A stretch of 64,000 bases of DNA from the NCBI GenBank assembly GCA_033442325.1, contig JAWQFM010000028.1, positions 453,450 through 517,449 on the forward strand. The letters are read 5' to 3'. Each line of letters starts with the position of its first letter. Positions within the stretch are counted from its first letter, which is position 1. Made by a program: the position numbers and the translations under genes. The notes under the pieces are model-generated. The model saw only the letters and a list, made by a program, of their open reading frames with translations. It had not been told where the DNA came from and made no database searches. This DNA comes from Salpingoeca rosetta (taxonomy: Eukaryota > Protista > Choanoflagellata). This document shows, piece after piece, positions 49,067 to 62,832 of the stretch.

Positions 49067-50182
49067 CCATAACCGTGCTCTCCTCCAACTCAACCAGTTT
49101 GACCTTGCTCGGGTACAGGCACTGGGAAGCCAAAGAACGATGCGCAACACTTGCAGAATGTATGGTTTGTGCACTGGCAAACGTGCCTCCGCTGCGTGAG
49201 TGCGTGGTGGCGTTGGTTCTGTCGTCCCTCGCACACGTGCCTTATGCTCACGCTTACCACAAGCACCTTGATGCCTTTTTCGCGTCCACTCGACCAGGTC
49301 TTCAAGACAGCGCACGAGCTGGGCGGCATGCTGTCATTCTCCTTTCACGATGAGGCGCATATGACGGAGAAATCGGAGCTGTTCACAGACGACAGCAGAC
49401 TTGCGCTCCTCGGTAGCTGGCGCGACCACTGGGACCTGGATAAGCCCCTTTTAGCACTCCAGTCCCCCCGTTTTGCCACCATGACGCGCTACCTCCAGGT
49501 CGTATCTGCGTGTGTGTATGTTTGTGTCTGTGTGTGCGTGTATGTATGTTTACGTGCCTGCCTGTCTGTATGTATCCGTGTGTGTGTCAGTGTGCCTTGT
49601 AATGCAATCGCATGTGCTCGTGCTTGCACTCTATTCACCTCCCCACCTTCCCTCCGTCTCCGTACCATCATCTTCCCACCCACCAACAAAACTGCACCGC
49701 GCTTCCCCCCCCCACACACAGGCGCTGTTTGGGGAGGATAACACCAAGTTTGTCGTGGTGCTGCAACATCCGTTGCATGCATGGCGGCCTGCCCTGAACA
49801 TGTATTGGCAGCAGGCGGCGCTGTCGTGTGGCAAACCGTTTGTGCAGCAGTGGGTGCACATTCACCAGACACTTGAGGAGGACATGGCGCACCTCAAGCA
49901 TGTGCACGTCGTGCGATACGAAGACCTCGTGCCAGCGTCACACGTGCCAACGCCAGATAACCAGCTGCACCAGTACAACCGCGAACCAGCGTTCAAATTC
50001 CGTGGCGCAGGCGCTGGCTGGAGACAGGGACAGGGACTCATGCAGGCACCGCGGTTCACATCACTAGCGCAGCAACAGCGGCAACAGCAGCAGGTTCTCA
50101 ACAGCCTCTTCCACTTTCTTCGCGTCTCTCGGCCCGTTGCTCTCTGGACTTCGTTTCAAGACTCTGCCATCCTCAACCACAG
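48566..50182 (+). CDS. Signal-anchored sulfotransferase-fold protein with degenerate PAPS-binding motifs; 3' end lost in gap
   Basis: Hydrophobic N-terminus, then LVFVIGVQYEAIMHVMDILGQHPEVS, GTGKPKNDAQHLQNVF, AHMTEKS, WDLDKPLLALQSP, TRYLQALF..KFVVVLQHP, VHVVRYEDLV. Same motif order as Sulfotransfer_3-type enzymes. Confidence 0.8.
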
Positions 50183-50298
50183 GTAGGGTTGGACGTTATG
50201 TTGTGTGTGTGTGTGTCTGCCTGTGTGTGTGTGTGTGCGTCTGCCTGTGTGTGTGTGTGTGTGTGTGTGTCTGCCTGTGTGTGTGTGTGTGTGTGTGT

Positions 50299-50793
50299 NN
50301 NNNNNNNNNNNNNNNNNNNNNNNNNNNNNNNNNNNNNNNNNNNNNNNNNNNNNNNNNNNNNNNNNNNNNNNNNNNNNNNNNNNNNNNNNNNNNNNNNNNN
50401 NNNNNNNNNNNNNNNNNNNNNNNNNNNNNNNNNNNNNNNNNNNNNNNNNNNNNNNNNNNNNNNNNNNNNNNNNNNNNNNNNNNNNNNNNNNNNNNNNNNN
50501 NNNNNNNNNNNNNNNNNNNNNNNNNNNNNNNNNNNNNNNNNNNNNNNNNNNNNNNNNNNNNNNNNNNNNNNNNNNNNNNNNNNNNNNNNNNNNNNNNNNN
50601 NNNNNNNNNNNNNNNNNNNNNNNNNNNNNNNNNNNNNNNNNNNNNNNNNNNNNNNNNNNNNNNNNNNNNNNNNNNNNNNNNNNNNNNNNNNNNNNNNNNN
50701 NNNNNNNNNNNNNNNNNNNNNNNNNNNNNNNNNNNNNNNNNNNNNNNNNNNNNNNNNNNNNNNNNNNNNNNNNNNNNNNNNNNNNNNNNNNNN
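50299..50793. other. Assembly gap (N run)
   Basis: 495 Ns flanked by (TG)n. Confidence 0.99.
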
Positions 50794-50889
50794 TTGTTGT
50801 TCCATGTGTGTGTGTGTGTGTGGGGGGGGGGGGGGGCACTGATGCAAGTGTTGGTTAAGTTGTTGTTGTTGTTGTTGTTGTTGTTTAAG

Positions 50890-50948
<59 letters not shown>

Positions 50949-51327
50949 AACGCAGGAGAATTAAACGATTTCGAAACGTAGCACATCAACGGCGTCAAGG
51001 TGTAACATAACACAAGCAGAACCAAAAGCAAGGCACGTAACGACGGCAAACAAAGGGTCAATACAGGAGGGGGGGGGGTCAAAGAAAAGGTCAGCAAAAC
51101 ATAGAAGAACGCGAAGCGCAACAACAAACCAGATCGCAACAACAAACACACTGCGCAACTCCATGGCACGAGCAGCAGACAAAAGAAAGGAACGCACACA
51201 GCAGAATGACTGGAGCCATAGCACTAACAGCAAAAAAGAACAAAACACAGCAACATAACAACGGTGCATGCTCGGGAAGACGTTCCATGTGACACGCACA
51301 TGTGTGGAGATTGACTTGACTTGGTGG

Positions 51328-54300
51328 CTACATTGGCTGATTGGAAGCAACATTGCTACTGCTGGTAACGCTGGTGCTACGTGTGGCCAGAGACACGAGG
51401 CGAGGGTGGATCTGCGCAAATGTCGGCCGCTGCGACGGGTATTGCGCCATGCACTCTTGGGCCAGGCTCTGGTACCACGTGGGCGTGCTCCCTGCATTAC
51501 AATACACGAGAAATTATATGAACGCACGGAAACAAAGCACGGTGGAGTGAGAACTGCAACGCAATCTGTACCGTAGATACAGACACCATTTACAGCTTCC
51601 ATGCACATGTAATGTGACATGAACATAACTTTTGGACAAACACAACAAACAAACACAACAACAAACATAACAGACAAACAGACAAAACACAGAAACACGC
51701 ATCTGCACGCGCTCACACGCATGCACACACATACATACACTCACATTCACATACATACACATCCACAACACATCCACTCACATCCACAACACATCCACAG
51801 ACAATTCCCCCCCCCAAACACACACACAAAATCAACACACCCTTTGCGTCAAAGTTGAGGCGCTTGCCCTGTGACAGCAAGGTAAACAGGCGTGCCATCA
51901 TTGGCCCAGCGAAATTGGGTCCAACTTCCTGCTCAATCAAATCAGGCACGTGCTCCATTTCAATCTCCCACAGCAGCACCCCAAAGCTGAACACGTCCGC
52001 CTTTCCATCGTACTTGCCACCATCCAGCACCTCCGGTGCCATGTACATGGGCGTGCCCACAGCAATGGTGTGGTTCACCACGCGGCTCAGCGTTTGCGTG
52101 CACAGCTGGCGGTCGTACACCACGTCCCCAGGAACCTCCTTCTGGTCATCGTGATGCTGGCCGCTGCCGCCACCAGCGTGATCATCGCCATCGTCATCGT
52201 ATTCACCGCTGGCTGTGCCCTTGCTGCCTTTTGTTTTGCGGAACAAGTGCGTTGCCCTGCGCAGTCGGGACCGCAGCGGCGCCACGCGCTTGGCTGTGAT
52301 GCGCTGGGTGATTGTGCCAAAGTCTGTGATCTTGGCGCGGAGGCTGGTCGACACAAGCACGTTTCCGCTCTTCAAGTCCCTGCGAGAAGGACAAGGCAGC
52401 AAATGTGTGGAGCAGGAGACGGACGATACATATGATGAGGGATCGTGGCTCGGGCCGCGTTTGGCACAGCAGCACATTGCTCACATGGGTCGACAAGACA
52501 CGCAAAACGGAGAAACGGGCACGTGCGTGTTTGAAGACGATTGCGCGTGTACAAACACACGCACAGGCACATGCGTGTACCCACACGCACAGGTGCATGC
52601 GTGTACCCACACGCACAGGTGCATGCGTGTACCCACACGCCCACACACGCCCACACACAAGCAGACACGCGCAAAATAAACGCACACACACACACACCTA
52701 CACAAACACACACAAGCAGACATGCGCACACACAAACACACACAAGCAGACATGCGCAAAAAACGCACACACATACACACCAACACAAACACACACACAC
52801 AAACACACACAAACACACACACAAATACACACGTATACGCACCTGTGCAGCTGGCCCAGCTTGTGAATGAAAGCCATGCCGCTAGCCACGTCCTGTGCAA
52901 GACGAAGCTTTAGACTCTGCAGTGTGAGGGAGCGCACAAAGACGCAGCCATCAGCCTCATCGTGCTGGGCCAAGCCATGCTCGCTGTCCTGTGTGTCGGT
53001 GGCGTTGAAGTGGCGCAGCGCGGCAGCGAGGCCACCGTCCTCAAGCAGCTGGCGCAGGGAGCCCAACTGGACAAACTCAATCACAAGGAAGGGGACGCCC
53101 GTGCCGGGCTGCTGGCCAGCACCAAAGAAGCGAACCAGGTTTGGGTGGCGTGTTCGTTGCAGGAACTCCACCTCCTTCTCAAAGTCTTGCATGCTGGCGC
53201 CATCGTCCAGCAGCAAAATGGCCTGCCTTGGAATCTTCACTGCCACGTGCACGGCATCCCACTGGCCCTCCCACACCTCACCAAACCCGCCACTCGCCAC
53301 CACGCGCAGCAGCTGCAGCTCGGAAAACTCAATCTCCCACACGGCCTTGAGCGCCAGCACCTCTGCATCCTTCTCCTCCAGCAGCTGCTCCTTCAACGCG
53401 TTGTCCACGCGCAGGCGGCGGTGGTCGCGGTAGGCGCGGTGCACGGCATAAGCAAGCCCTTGCACACCCAAAACCGCAGCCAGTGTGGCGAGCACAATGG
53501 TGACGGTGTCCTTGCGGGGCTTACACTTGCCATCAACGTTGCGATAGCCGCCGGCGCAGCTGCACTTGAACTGGTAGGTGGTGCGATCCTGCAGCGCTGT
53601 TAGGTGGCTCAGCAGGCGTGTTCGGCGTGCAGACACGCGCAGCTTGCAGGTGATTGCCGTGTTGGCGAGCTGCAGGATGGGAATGGCCTTGCTGTTGTCC
53701 AAGTTGACAAAGTTCAGGTCCTGCACGCCCTCACTGGCGAGCGCGGTGAGGTACGCCGTCGGGGCCTCGATGAACTTGGGCGAATTGATCCACTCGTTGT
53801 CACTCAGGTCTAGCAGCTCGATGTCGCTGAAGGAGAGGCAGCGGCGCAGCAGTGAGTGTGTTCTTTCTTGGGATTGAGCGTCCTTGTTCATCCAATCACG
53901 AGCCACTACAACGCGGCTGCCCCATGCGCGGCACAGTCCGCGTGACACGGGGAATTGGGTTTTGCTGATGTCCAACACCTCAACAGAGGGCGCTTCAAAC
54001 TGCGTCAGGCTCGTGCTCCCAGACAGGTTGAGGTGCTGTAGTGGAGAGAACACGGCGCCCTCCCGCAGCATCGTGTTGTCCTGTAAGAGGACGTTGTTGA
54101 ACTGGCGGTCAGGGCAGAGGTCAAGCCTCGTGTAGCTGGTACCGGTGAGTTGCAGTGTGCTGACACTGGGCGCGAGAGCCCCGCAGATTGCTTTGAGGGG
54201 GACTGTGCTTTCGTTCATGCCAGGCCAGCCAAGCCCCAGGGACTCGAGCATAATGCCCGATGTCCGCCGTTGTGAGAGCAAGCGCGTCGCCAGCTGCTCC

Positions 54301-56684
54301 ACGTCAACGTTGCGCACGTCGACGAACCGAAGCATGGGTGGCACGGTAACGCTTTCGCCAATACTGATGGTTGCCTTGCCCATCAGTTCCGGTGCAGGGC
54401 TCACCTCCAGGCGCGTGAGGTTGGTGAGCGCTAGAAGGGGTGAAATGTCAAGGTGTTTGATGTGGTGGTTGTTGAAGAAGAGCTCTTCAAGGTCCACGAG
54501 CCGCTCAAAGTTGGGTACATGTTTGATGGGGTTTCCGTTGAGGCGTAAGGACTTGAGCTGGGCCAGGGTGTCTGGTAGGTCGAACTTCTCCACTCTGTTG
54601 TTGGCCAGGCTGAAATGCAGAAGACTGGGCACATTGACGAAGCTGCCCTTTTCAACAGCCTGGACGTTGTTGTCGCTGACGTCAAAGATGCGCAAGTTCT
54701 CGTGGTTGCTGAGCAGCTTGTGGGAGAGCTTTGTCAAGGCGTTTGCTTGCAAGTAGAGCACCTCCAGCGCAGGAAGACTATCTAGTAGGCTGTCGTTGAT
54801 GCACTCGATCTTGTTCTCCGTGATTTCAATGCGGGTAAGTCTCCGCAAGCCTGTCCCGAACCACGCGCTGCTGAGCTCGGTCAATTCGTTTCGTGAGAGG
54901 TCCAATCGCTCAAGGTTGGTCAGGCCCGCGAATGCCTCGGCTTCGATGGTCTTAAGCGTTCCCCGGAACAATGAGAGCTCTCGCAGGTTCGTGGCGTGGG
55001 CCAGAAGGTCAGTGGACACGGTGGAAAGCTGCAGGAATGTCAAGTTCAGCTCCCTGAGCTGGGTTTGATGTAAAAAGAAATCGTCCCGGAGATACTGGAT
55101 CGGGTTGCCCCCAATGTCCAATTTGCGCAGCTGAGTGAGCGTTTGCAGCAAGCCAGGCTTCAGTTCGGTGATGTCATTGCCATGCAGCGTGAGGGTTTTG
55201 AGAGCGGCGTTGCTCACGAACGCATCCTCATGCACGCTGGTGAGGTGATTGTATAGCAGCACGAGCTCTTCCACCTTGGTCAGGGGAGCGAACATGCTGG
55301 CATCGACAATGGTGATCTGGTTGTTGTCCAAGCGCACATGTGTCAGGGCGTCCATGTCGTGAAATACGGTCTCTGCAGCAACATGTCGAAGTCGGCTGTG
55401 GCTGACTGTGAGGGATTGCAGGAATGGAGCCCGCGCGAATGGCGCGCCATTTGCACTTGTATTCAGCTGCACAACTGAGCTGTCTTTGATCTCGATGGCT
55501 GTCAAGTTGGTGAGCGGGTTGAGCGTGCTGAGGAAGAAGGTGTCGGTGACCAGCTGCTGCAGTGTGATGGTGGCGACGCTGCTCCAATTGCCCAGCTCAA
55601 GTATGGTGCGCACCACGTCTGTGCTGAGCTCGTTTTGCGCTGGATCTTCGCCTCTTAGAATCAAGTGGTGGGTTGCAACTGTCTCAGACAGTATGCGTAT
55701 TGGGTTGTGGCTCGTATTGAAGACGGCAAGGTCCTCGCTTGCTTTTGTTGCATCCTTGACCGTGAGGACAAGCCGTGGATGATCGATGAGCGTCGATTGT
55801 AGAACACATAAGTCGCCCACAACTCTCTGTAGTGAGCACTCCAGAGTATCTCCCCGGGGTTGGCGGGAACGGGCTTGGGTAGCAGGGGTAGTGGTGACAG
55901 GGGTGGCAGCAGGGGTGGCGGCGGTGGTGGTGGCAGGGGTGGCAGAAGTTGTGTGGCTCGTGGATGCTGAAGAGGATGGTGTGGATTCGTTGAGAGCCCT
56001 GCGATGCTTCTGGTGGTGGAGGTGGTTCCAGTCCTGACGGTCAGCCACACCGTTGCCCTTGCCTGGCACTGGATTGAGATTGCCGTCTGTGTCAGCCGTG
56101 CTTTCCTTGCTGGTGTCCATGCGTGGGCGCAAACCGTCCCCTGCATCCGGCTGCAGTGTGCGCCTCGTGTTCAACAGGACAGGGTTGCAAAACGCAGCCA
56201 CAATGTCCTGGAGCGCGGCCAACTCCTCGTCGTGTGCTCTCTTCACAGCTTTCGGTGTGGGAGTGACGAGCCAATCACCGTCTTCCTCTTCGGCGCCTGG
56301 GCGCGCGTTCTTGGGTCCCTGTGCTTGGTTGGCTGAAGAGAGGCGCGCCAGAGCGTGGCGTGCACGGCCACACAGCCTTGCATGGCGATCGCAGCCAACG
56401 CGCAAAACGGACAACGGCGAGGCTGGTGAATCCTCTGCCTCGTTCTCAGTGCAAATCCCATCGAAAATGGCGTGGGCGGGTTCTTCTCCTTGACTGAGAC
56501 GACGAAGGCCTGGGTCTGCTTGTGCTTCTCGTTCTCGATGAGCGTGGAACTGTGGGAGCTGGGGGACGACGGGGGAGCTTGGCTTGTCGACTGATGCTGG
56601 AAAGGACAGGTGTTGGGCGGTGGCGGCTGCCACCACCAACAACAAGCAGAAGAGCGCCAACAACAACTTCTTGCTTGCGGGCAT
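51328..56684 (-). CDS. Leucine-rich-repeat receptor protein kinase (TKL group, predicted Ser/Thr)
   Basis: Exons 56684-52843, 52379-51841, 51491-51328. Signal peptide, many LxxLxLxxNxL repeats, Cys-rich CSCAGGYRNVDGKC, TM IVLATLAAVLGVQGLAYAV. Kinase motifs ASGGFGEV, VAVK, HRDLKSGN, DFG, GTPMYMAPE, DVFSFG, CMAQYPSQRPTF. Confidence 0.95.
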
Positions 56685-56902
56685 CGTTGTTGTGACGGTT
56701 GGTTGAAAATGTCCACAAATCTTCGTCACTTGGAAATATGCGGTTTGTGGTGTCGGTTACAGTTCACTTCCCGAGCTGCTGCTGCGACCGCTGTTGCTTT
56801 TTGTTGATTTGACCGCCGTCCGCCGTCCGCTCTCGACGAACACCAACCAACCAAACCACCCACCCCCTCGCGCATCATTTTCATCAGCACCAATTATTGG
56901 TG

Positions 56903-59408
56903 ATGGATGAGGCGCAGGGTGAACAGGCCGGGCCAGCACAGCGTGCCGGCGAGCGGATGGACGTCAGCGGCGACACCACCAACAACGACCGCGATGGCGA
57001 CGGTGGCGGCAATGGCGGTGCTGTGTCGACTGCGGACTCTCCCATCGCCACCGAAGACGACACCGCAGTCATTCAGGACTCGCCACTGTTCACGCTTCCC
57101 CAGGAAGTGATCCACGCCTACGTATTTCAAGCATTGCCCTGCTCCACACCTCTGTGTGTGCTTGTGTGTGTGTGTGTGTGTTATGTGTGTGTGTTATGTG
57201 TGTTGTGTGTTTGGTGTGTGCGCGCTTGTTTGCGAGTGTGCTTGCTGTTGTGCGCGCGCGCTTGTTTGCGAGTGTGCATCGACGACATTTGTCGAGGGGC
57301 CCTCGACAAGCGCACCATAACTATGGCGCCTGTGTAAGGGTACTCACAACACCATATGCACACACACACACACACACACACGGCATTGACACCATGCATC
57401 AGGTGTTCCCGCATTTGGAGGCGCACGACATTCAGCACTTGCGCCGCACGTGTCGAGCCATGAGGAGCATTGTCGATGCACTGCGACACCGCCGAAAGCG
57501 CTGGATGTGGCACCACATGTCGACGACAGGCGTCAAATACTGGGAGATGCCGCTCAAGATCAGCAAGCCTGACCTGGAGGCCAGCTACGCCATGTTCCAG
57601 CACACGCCCGTCTTTACCGCCAACACCCTGATTCAGGCTGCGTGGGTTGGCGACCAGGATCTGTGCATGCGTGCACTGCGAGAGTGGCGCACGGGGCGCC
57701 CAAACGCGGACACGGTGTACATGCGCCATGTGCTCATGATTGCTCTCACCTATGCATGCCTGGGCCGCCACACCGACGTCATCGACGAGATCCTGACCAT
57801 GGAGCCCGTGCTGGTTGGACGGGAGATGCGCCACTCCACGCACCGCAGCTCGCTCTTCAGCATTGCCTTCCGCATGGGCAGTCCCCGAGTGATGTCCACC
57901 CTCCACGAGCACATGCGCGCCGACGTGGGCATGCTTCGCGGTGGCCTTGCGCAGCTGGTTGGCGCGTGTCGATCACCGATTGCGGTGGCCGATTTCTGCG
58001 ACCGGCACAACGGCGTTGGTTTGCTCTTGGCAGAGAACGCCGAAAGCACGTTCACCACAATGGAGCGCCACCAGAATGTCGACACACTCGCGCAGATTGG
58101 TTCGTCATTTGTGTGTGTGGGGGGGGGGAGGGAGGCTTAAGCATGCGTGCGTGTTTGTTTGTTTGTTTGTTTGTTTGCGTGCATATGCAAGTTATGGCGT
58201 CTCCACGTGTTTTGGACACGCGCGCGCTCATGTGCATGTGCGTGCGTGCGTATGCGTCCGATGGTTGGTACCAATCAAAACCCCTCCTTCTGTTGTACGG
58301 CATGTTGTGTTGTCTGTGAGGTTACACGTTTGTTCTTGACGACTCACATCGCCAGCAACCTGCAACTCCTGCTTCTGCTCTGCTTGTGTCGACTGCCAGT
58401 GTTCCGGGTGATGAACTTGAATGCGACAACGGTGACGGACCCAGTCATGCGTCGCCTCGTCCGGATGTGTCTTTCCCACCCCGACCGCTTTCATGCAAAG
58501 CTGGCGTTCACAAACGTCGTGCGCGGCGCCTCCTTCAACCCAGATCAACGTTCGTTCTGCTTCTTTGAGATTGGAGAGCGAGCGGGGAGGGGTTTGGTTG
58601 GCCGGCTTGCGCGCTGAATAGTGTGTGTGTGTGTGTGTATGCCAGTGTGTGTGTATATGCCAGTGTGCGTGTGTGTGCGTGTGTATGCCAGTGTGTGTCT
58701 GTGTGTATGCCAGTGTGTGTGTATGCCAGTGTGTGTCTGTGTGTATGCCAGTGTGTGTCTGTGTCTGTGTGTTCCTCCCCGCATGCCCAACTCACATTAA
58801 TGCGTCTCATTTCCACCATACATACACGCGCACCCTTCATGACCACAATAACCAGTGCTGCGTGGCGCGGGAAAGGGGGCGCTGGTGCTGACGTTGCAGG
58901 AGGCTGACCCCTTCTTCGCCGTGTTCTGGCTCACCTACACCAACGTCAGGGTACGCTTCCCCGCAGCCCACTCTCGCCGCCCGCGACACCCCTGTTGTCT
59001 TGTCTTGTGTGGTCTTGTGTGGTCTTGTGTTGTCTTGTGTTGTGGTTGGAGATGACTGGCGTGCTGTGTCACCGACAGGCTGTGATGTGCGTGCTGCTGG
59101 GCATCACCGCCTTCACTTCCAACTTTGCGCACACACACACACATACACACACACACACATACGCACACACACGCGCGCGCGCACATCACACACACACTCT
59201 CCCTGCCTCCCTCACTCTCACAACGTGCTCGCCCCAATGATTGGCAGCTGCGTACGACTGCTGACGCCGTGCAGCTGTTGCGGAAGGTTGCATCTGCCCC
59301 CTTTCTGCAGTACCTTGCCGCAAAGACCGACATTGCAACCAGAGGTGTGCAACGCAACAGCACATAGCCAGAGTTTCGTGTGGTGCTGGCCACACACACA
59401 CACACACA

Positions 59409-59469
<61 letters not shown>

Positions 59470-59979
59470 TCACTCACTCACTCACTCACACACACACATA
59501 CACATACACACCTTGAGTCTCTGTTTGTGGCCATTGACAACTCGATCACGTGCACCACGGCCCATGCACATTAACTTGCCAAACTCACTGCCTGCGCTCA
59601 CCAACATCTCCTCTCGTGCCCCCCCCCCTTTTTTTTTGTTGCTTGCTTGCATGCATGATCAGTGCCGCAGTTTAGTGCGGATGTGCTGCCGCCTCTTGTT
59701 CCCGGCAGCGCGCCGTCACGCCTGCCAGAGATCTTCAAGGCGTTTAACCCGGACGGTACGCGCACAACACGTGAAGGTGGTAATGGTGGTGGTAGTGGTG
59801 GTGGCGACAGCAGCAGGGATGAGCGTGGCGGGGCAAGGAGGGACGCGATGGCGGCAAGCGTGGGTGTGCTTCACACGCGCACATGCTTTCACAAGGACAT
59901 ACAGACTTGCAAGCACGCAAGCACGCGCTTCCTATCCTCTTCTCTGTGATACATGCTCTCAACCCTCCTCCCCCAAACC

Positions 59980-60060
<81 letters not shown>

Positions 60061-61095
60061 TCATTTCCTGGTGCTTGTGCAGACATGGTTCGGGAGAGGT
60101 CACGGGACCCATGCGTGGTGGACTGCATCCCCCTGGACGGCTCGCTGGGCATGCGTGGGTTCACCATGTTGGTGCTGCCACCGCTGATTCTCAAGCGAGA
60201 CAGCCCGGCACAGGAAACCGCACGCACAGGACAGCAACCACCAGTAACAACGAGAGCAGCATTTGCTGCCAGGACGGCAACGTCGGCAGCAACGCCTGCA
60301 ACAACAGCCACAGCAGTCACAACGGCCACACCTGCAGCCACAGCAGGAGGAGAGAACGCTGAGGTGTCTGGGCCGACGAGTGCTGAGCTTGAGGATGAAG
60401 AGGCGGCACTGCGGCGAGCGCTTCGGTGTGCGCTTCGGTTTCGCAGCAAGATTGGCATGCCACCCAGTAGCACCTTGCCCGCCATGGACGACGATGATGA
60501 CGACGACGGCAATGATGCGGGTGGTGCTGGTGCTGGTGCTGCTGATTATTTTTATGACTACACGCTTTACTGGACCAGTGACACTTCTACGCCCGACTCA
60601 TATTCGAACAGGCCGTCCGACGAAGGGGACAGCGCCCATGGCGATGACGATGGCGATGATGATGGTGATGGTGATGGTGATGGTGATGGTGATGGTGGGT
60701 CAGCTCGCAACCCCTCCTCGTCCCCGCCATCCAAAGCCGCGGGCACCCCTTCAACATCAAGGGCAGCAGCAACAACAGCAACAACAACAGCTACTACAAC
60801 AACAGCTGCGATGGCTTCATCTTCGACAGCGGCATCAGCCAGCACGCGCCGCCCACAGCAGCATCACGCTGGCGATGGTGATGGCGGGGCAGGGGAGCTC
60901 ATGGCAACGCACGGGCTGCACACCATTGCACTCGCAGCAGAGGCGCACGCACGGCAGCATCAGCAGCAACAAAGCGGTGCTCGCGAGGATGATGATCATG
61001 GTGATGATGGCGATGGGGATGACGATGATGACGACGACGACGACGATGGTGACGAGCCTCGTTCAAAGCGAAGCAAGCGCGGCGAGAGGGGCTGA
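56903..61095 (+). CDS. F-box protein with ankyrin-like repeats and acidic low-complexity C-terminus
   Basis: Spliced F-box LFTLPQEVIHAY|VFPHLEAHDIQHLRRTCRAMRSIV. Ankyrin-like helices TLIQAAWVGDQDLC, ALTYACLGRHTDVIDEIL, LFSIAFRMGSPRVM. Last exon ends EPRSKRSKRGERG* at 61095. Confidence 0.7.
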
Positions 61096-61419
61096 GGTGG
61101 TGATCAGAAGCGAAGAAGATGCCTTGGACTCGTGTGGCTGGGCGGATGGTGCTACGTTTGAGCACGTGTGCCACGATGTGTAATTGGACCTGTCCTTGCT
61201 TGCGTGTGTGCTCACGACGCGATGTGTTTGCTTGTTTGACTTTACATTGTGTGTATGAGTGTACGTGTGTGGACCAAAGTAAAAGAGGTTGAGAAGAAAA
61301 GCGAGCGCTGTAAGAGGGAAGGAGAGGCAACCAGGCAAGCAGCAAGCGAGTGGCAAGGGAAGGGAAGGCACAAGGGAGAAGGAGACGGGAGGGATGAAGA
61401 CGAACAACAGCAACAACAA

Positions 61420-61482
<63 letters not shown>

Positions 61483-61860
61483 ACCACAGCATTCCGACCG
61501 TTTTTCCCCCACGTCCACAACAGACAACGAAACAGGTTCGTGCCCCCACCCACGACCTTGCTTGCTGTTGTGTTTGATTGCTGTGGTGGGGTGTTCCAAA
61601 CATAGCTGGTGTGCGTTGGCGTGTTGGCGTGTTGGCGTGTGACGACAGCTCTTGTGCCGTGGTGTCTGCACGCATCGAAGCAGCACATACATCCTCCCGT
61701 CTCTCCAACAAAGGGAGCACACCAACGTCTTCACCACCGCTCATCGCCATCATCACATGCATCATCATCATTCACGCAACAACACACCTTCATCATCACC
61801 ACACCGGGCTGCGTCGTCAGCGTGCATGCACAAAGCGACGGACCAGCACAGTTGACCACA

Positions 61861-62548
61861 ATGCCTTCTGTCCACCACATCCTGACGACGCTGAATGCGC
61901 CGTTGGATGAGGAGCAGCTATGGGCGCTTGCGTTGCTGCTGGGCGCGCACATGGATGCCCTGAAACCGTCTTTCCCAGACCTGAGCGATCCGCAGCACCT
62001 CACCTTCCTCATCAACGCCAACACCGCCATCATCGAGCCGTCCGGCCACGTCACCTTGGACATGTCCACCCTTGGTGTGTTCGCTGTGTGTGTGTGTGTG
62101 TGTGTGTGTACCTGTGTGTATGTGTACCTGTGTGTTTGTATGTACCTGCGTGTGTATGTGTACCTGTGTGTTTGTATGTACCTGCGTGTGTGTGTGTACC
62201 TGTGTGTGTGTACCTGTGTGCGTGTGTGTATGTACTGTGTGTGTGTGTCTGTGTGTGTCTGTGTGTGTCTGTGTGTGTCCTTGCACGTCCGCAGCCTTGC
62301 AGGATGTCACCTCACGTGTTCACACGCTTCAATCCGCCATCCAGGCAACGAAGATCAAACACTCCCGTTCCTGGCAGACGAGGTCAAGGAGCGACAGCCC
62401 TCCACTGACCTGGAAAAGGTGCCCACGTGTGCTTCATGCGCGTGCATGCGTGCGTTTGCATATCTGCACCAAGCACATGTCCGTTCCGACACCGCAACGC
62501 GCCGTTCACGTGATCGCAATCATTCTGTTCTGTATGCATATCTGCGTG

Positions 62549-62633
<85 letters not shown>

Positions 62634-62789
62634 GCGCACGTGTTCAGCATTGGCGCGCTTCTGTTCACGGCTGCCGACTTTTCACTCATGGAGGACGAAG
62701 AGCCATCGCTCAGCGAGGGTACGCCGCATAGTTGTGTGCGCGCGTCCTAGAAGAGACATGTGTGCAATTGTGTGCTCGTGCCCTGGCGG

Positions 62790-62832
<43 letters not shown>

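Noticed and set aside
51268-51576. Plus-strand ORFs that could be the 3' end of the sulfotransferase-like gene
   Set aside because: The minus strand encodes kinase subdomain XI (CMAQYPSQRPTF), which explains the sequence.
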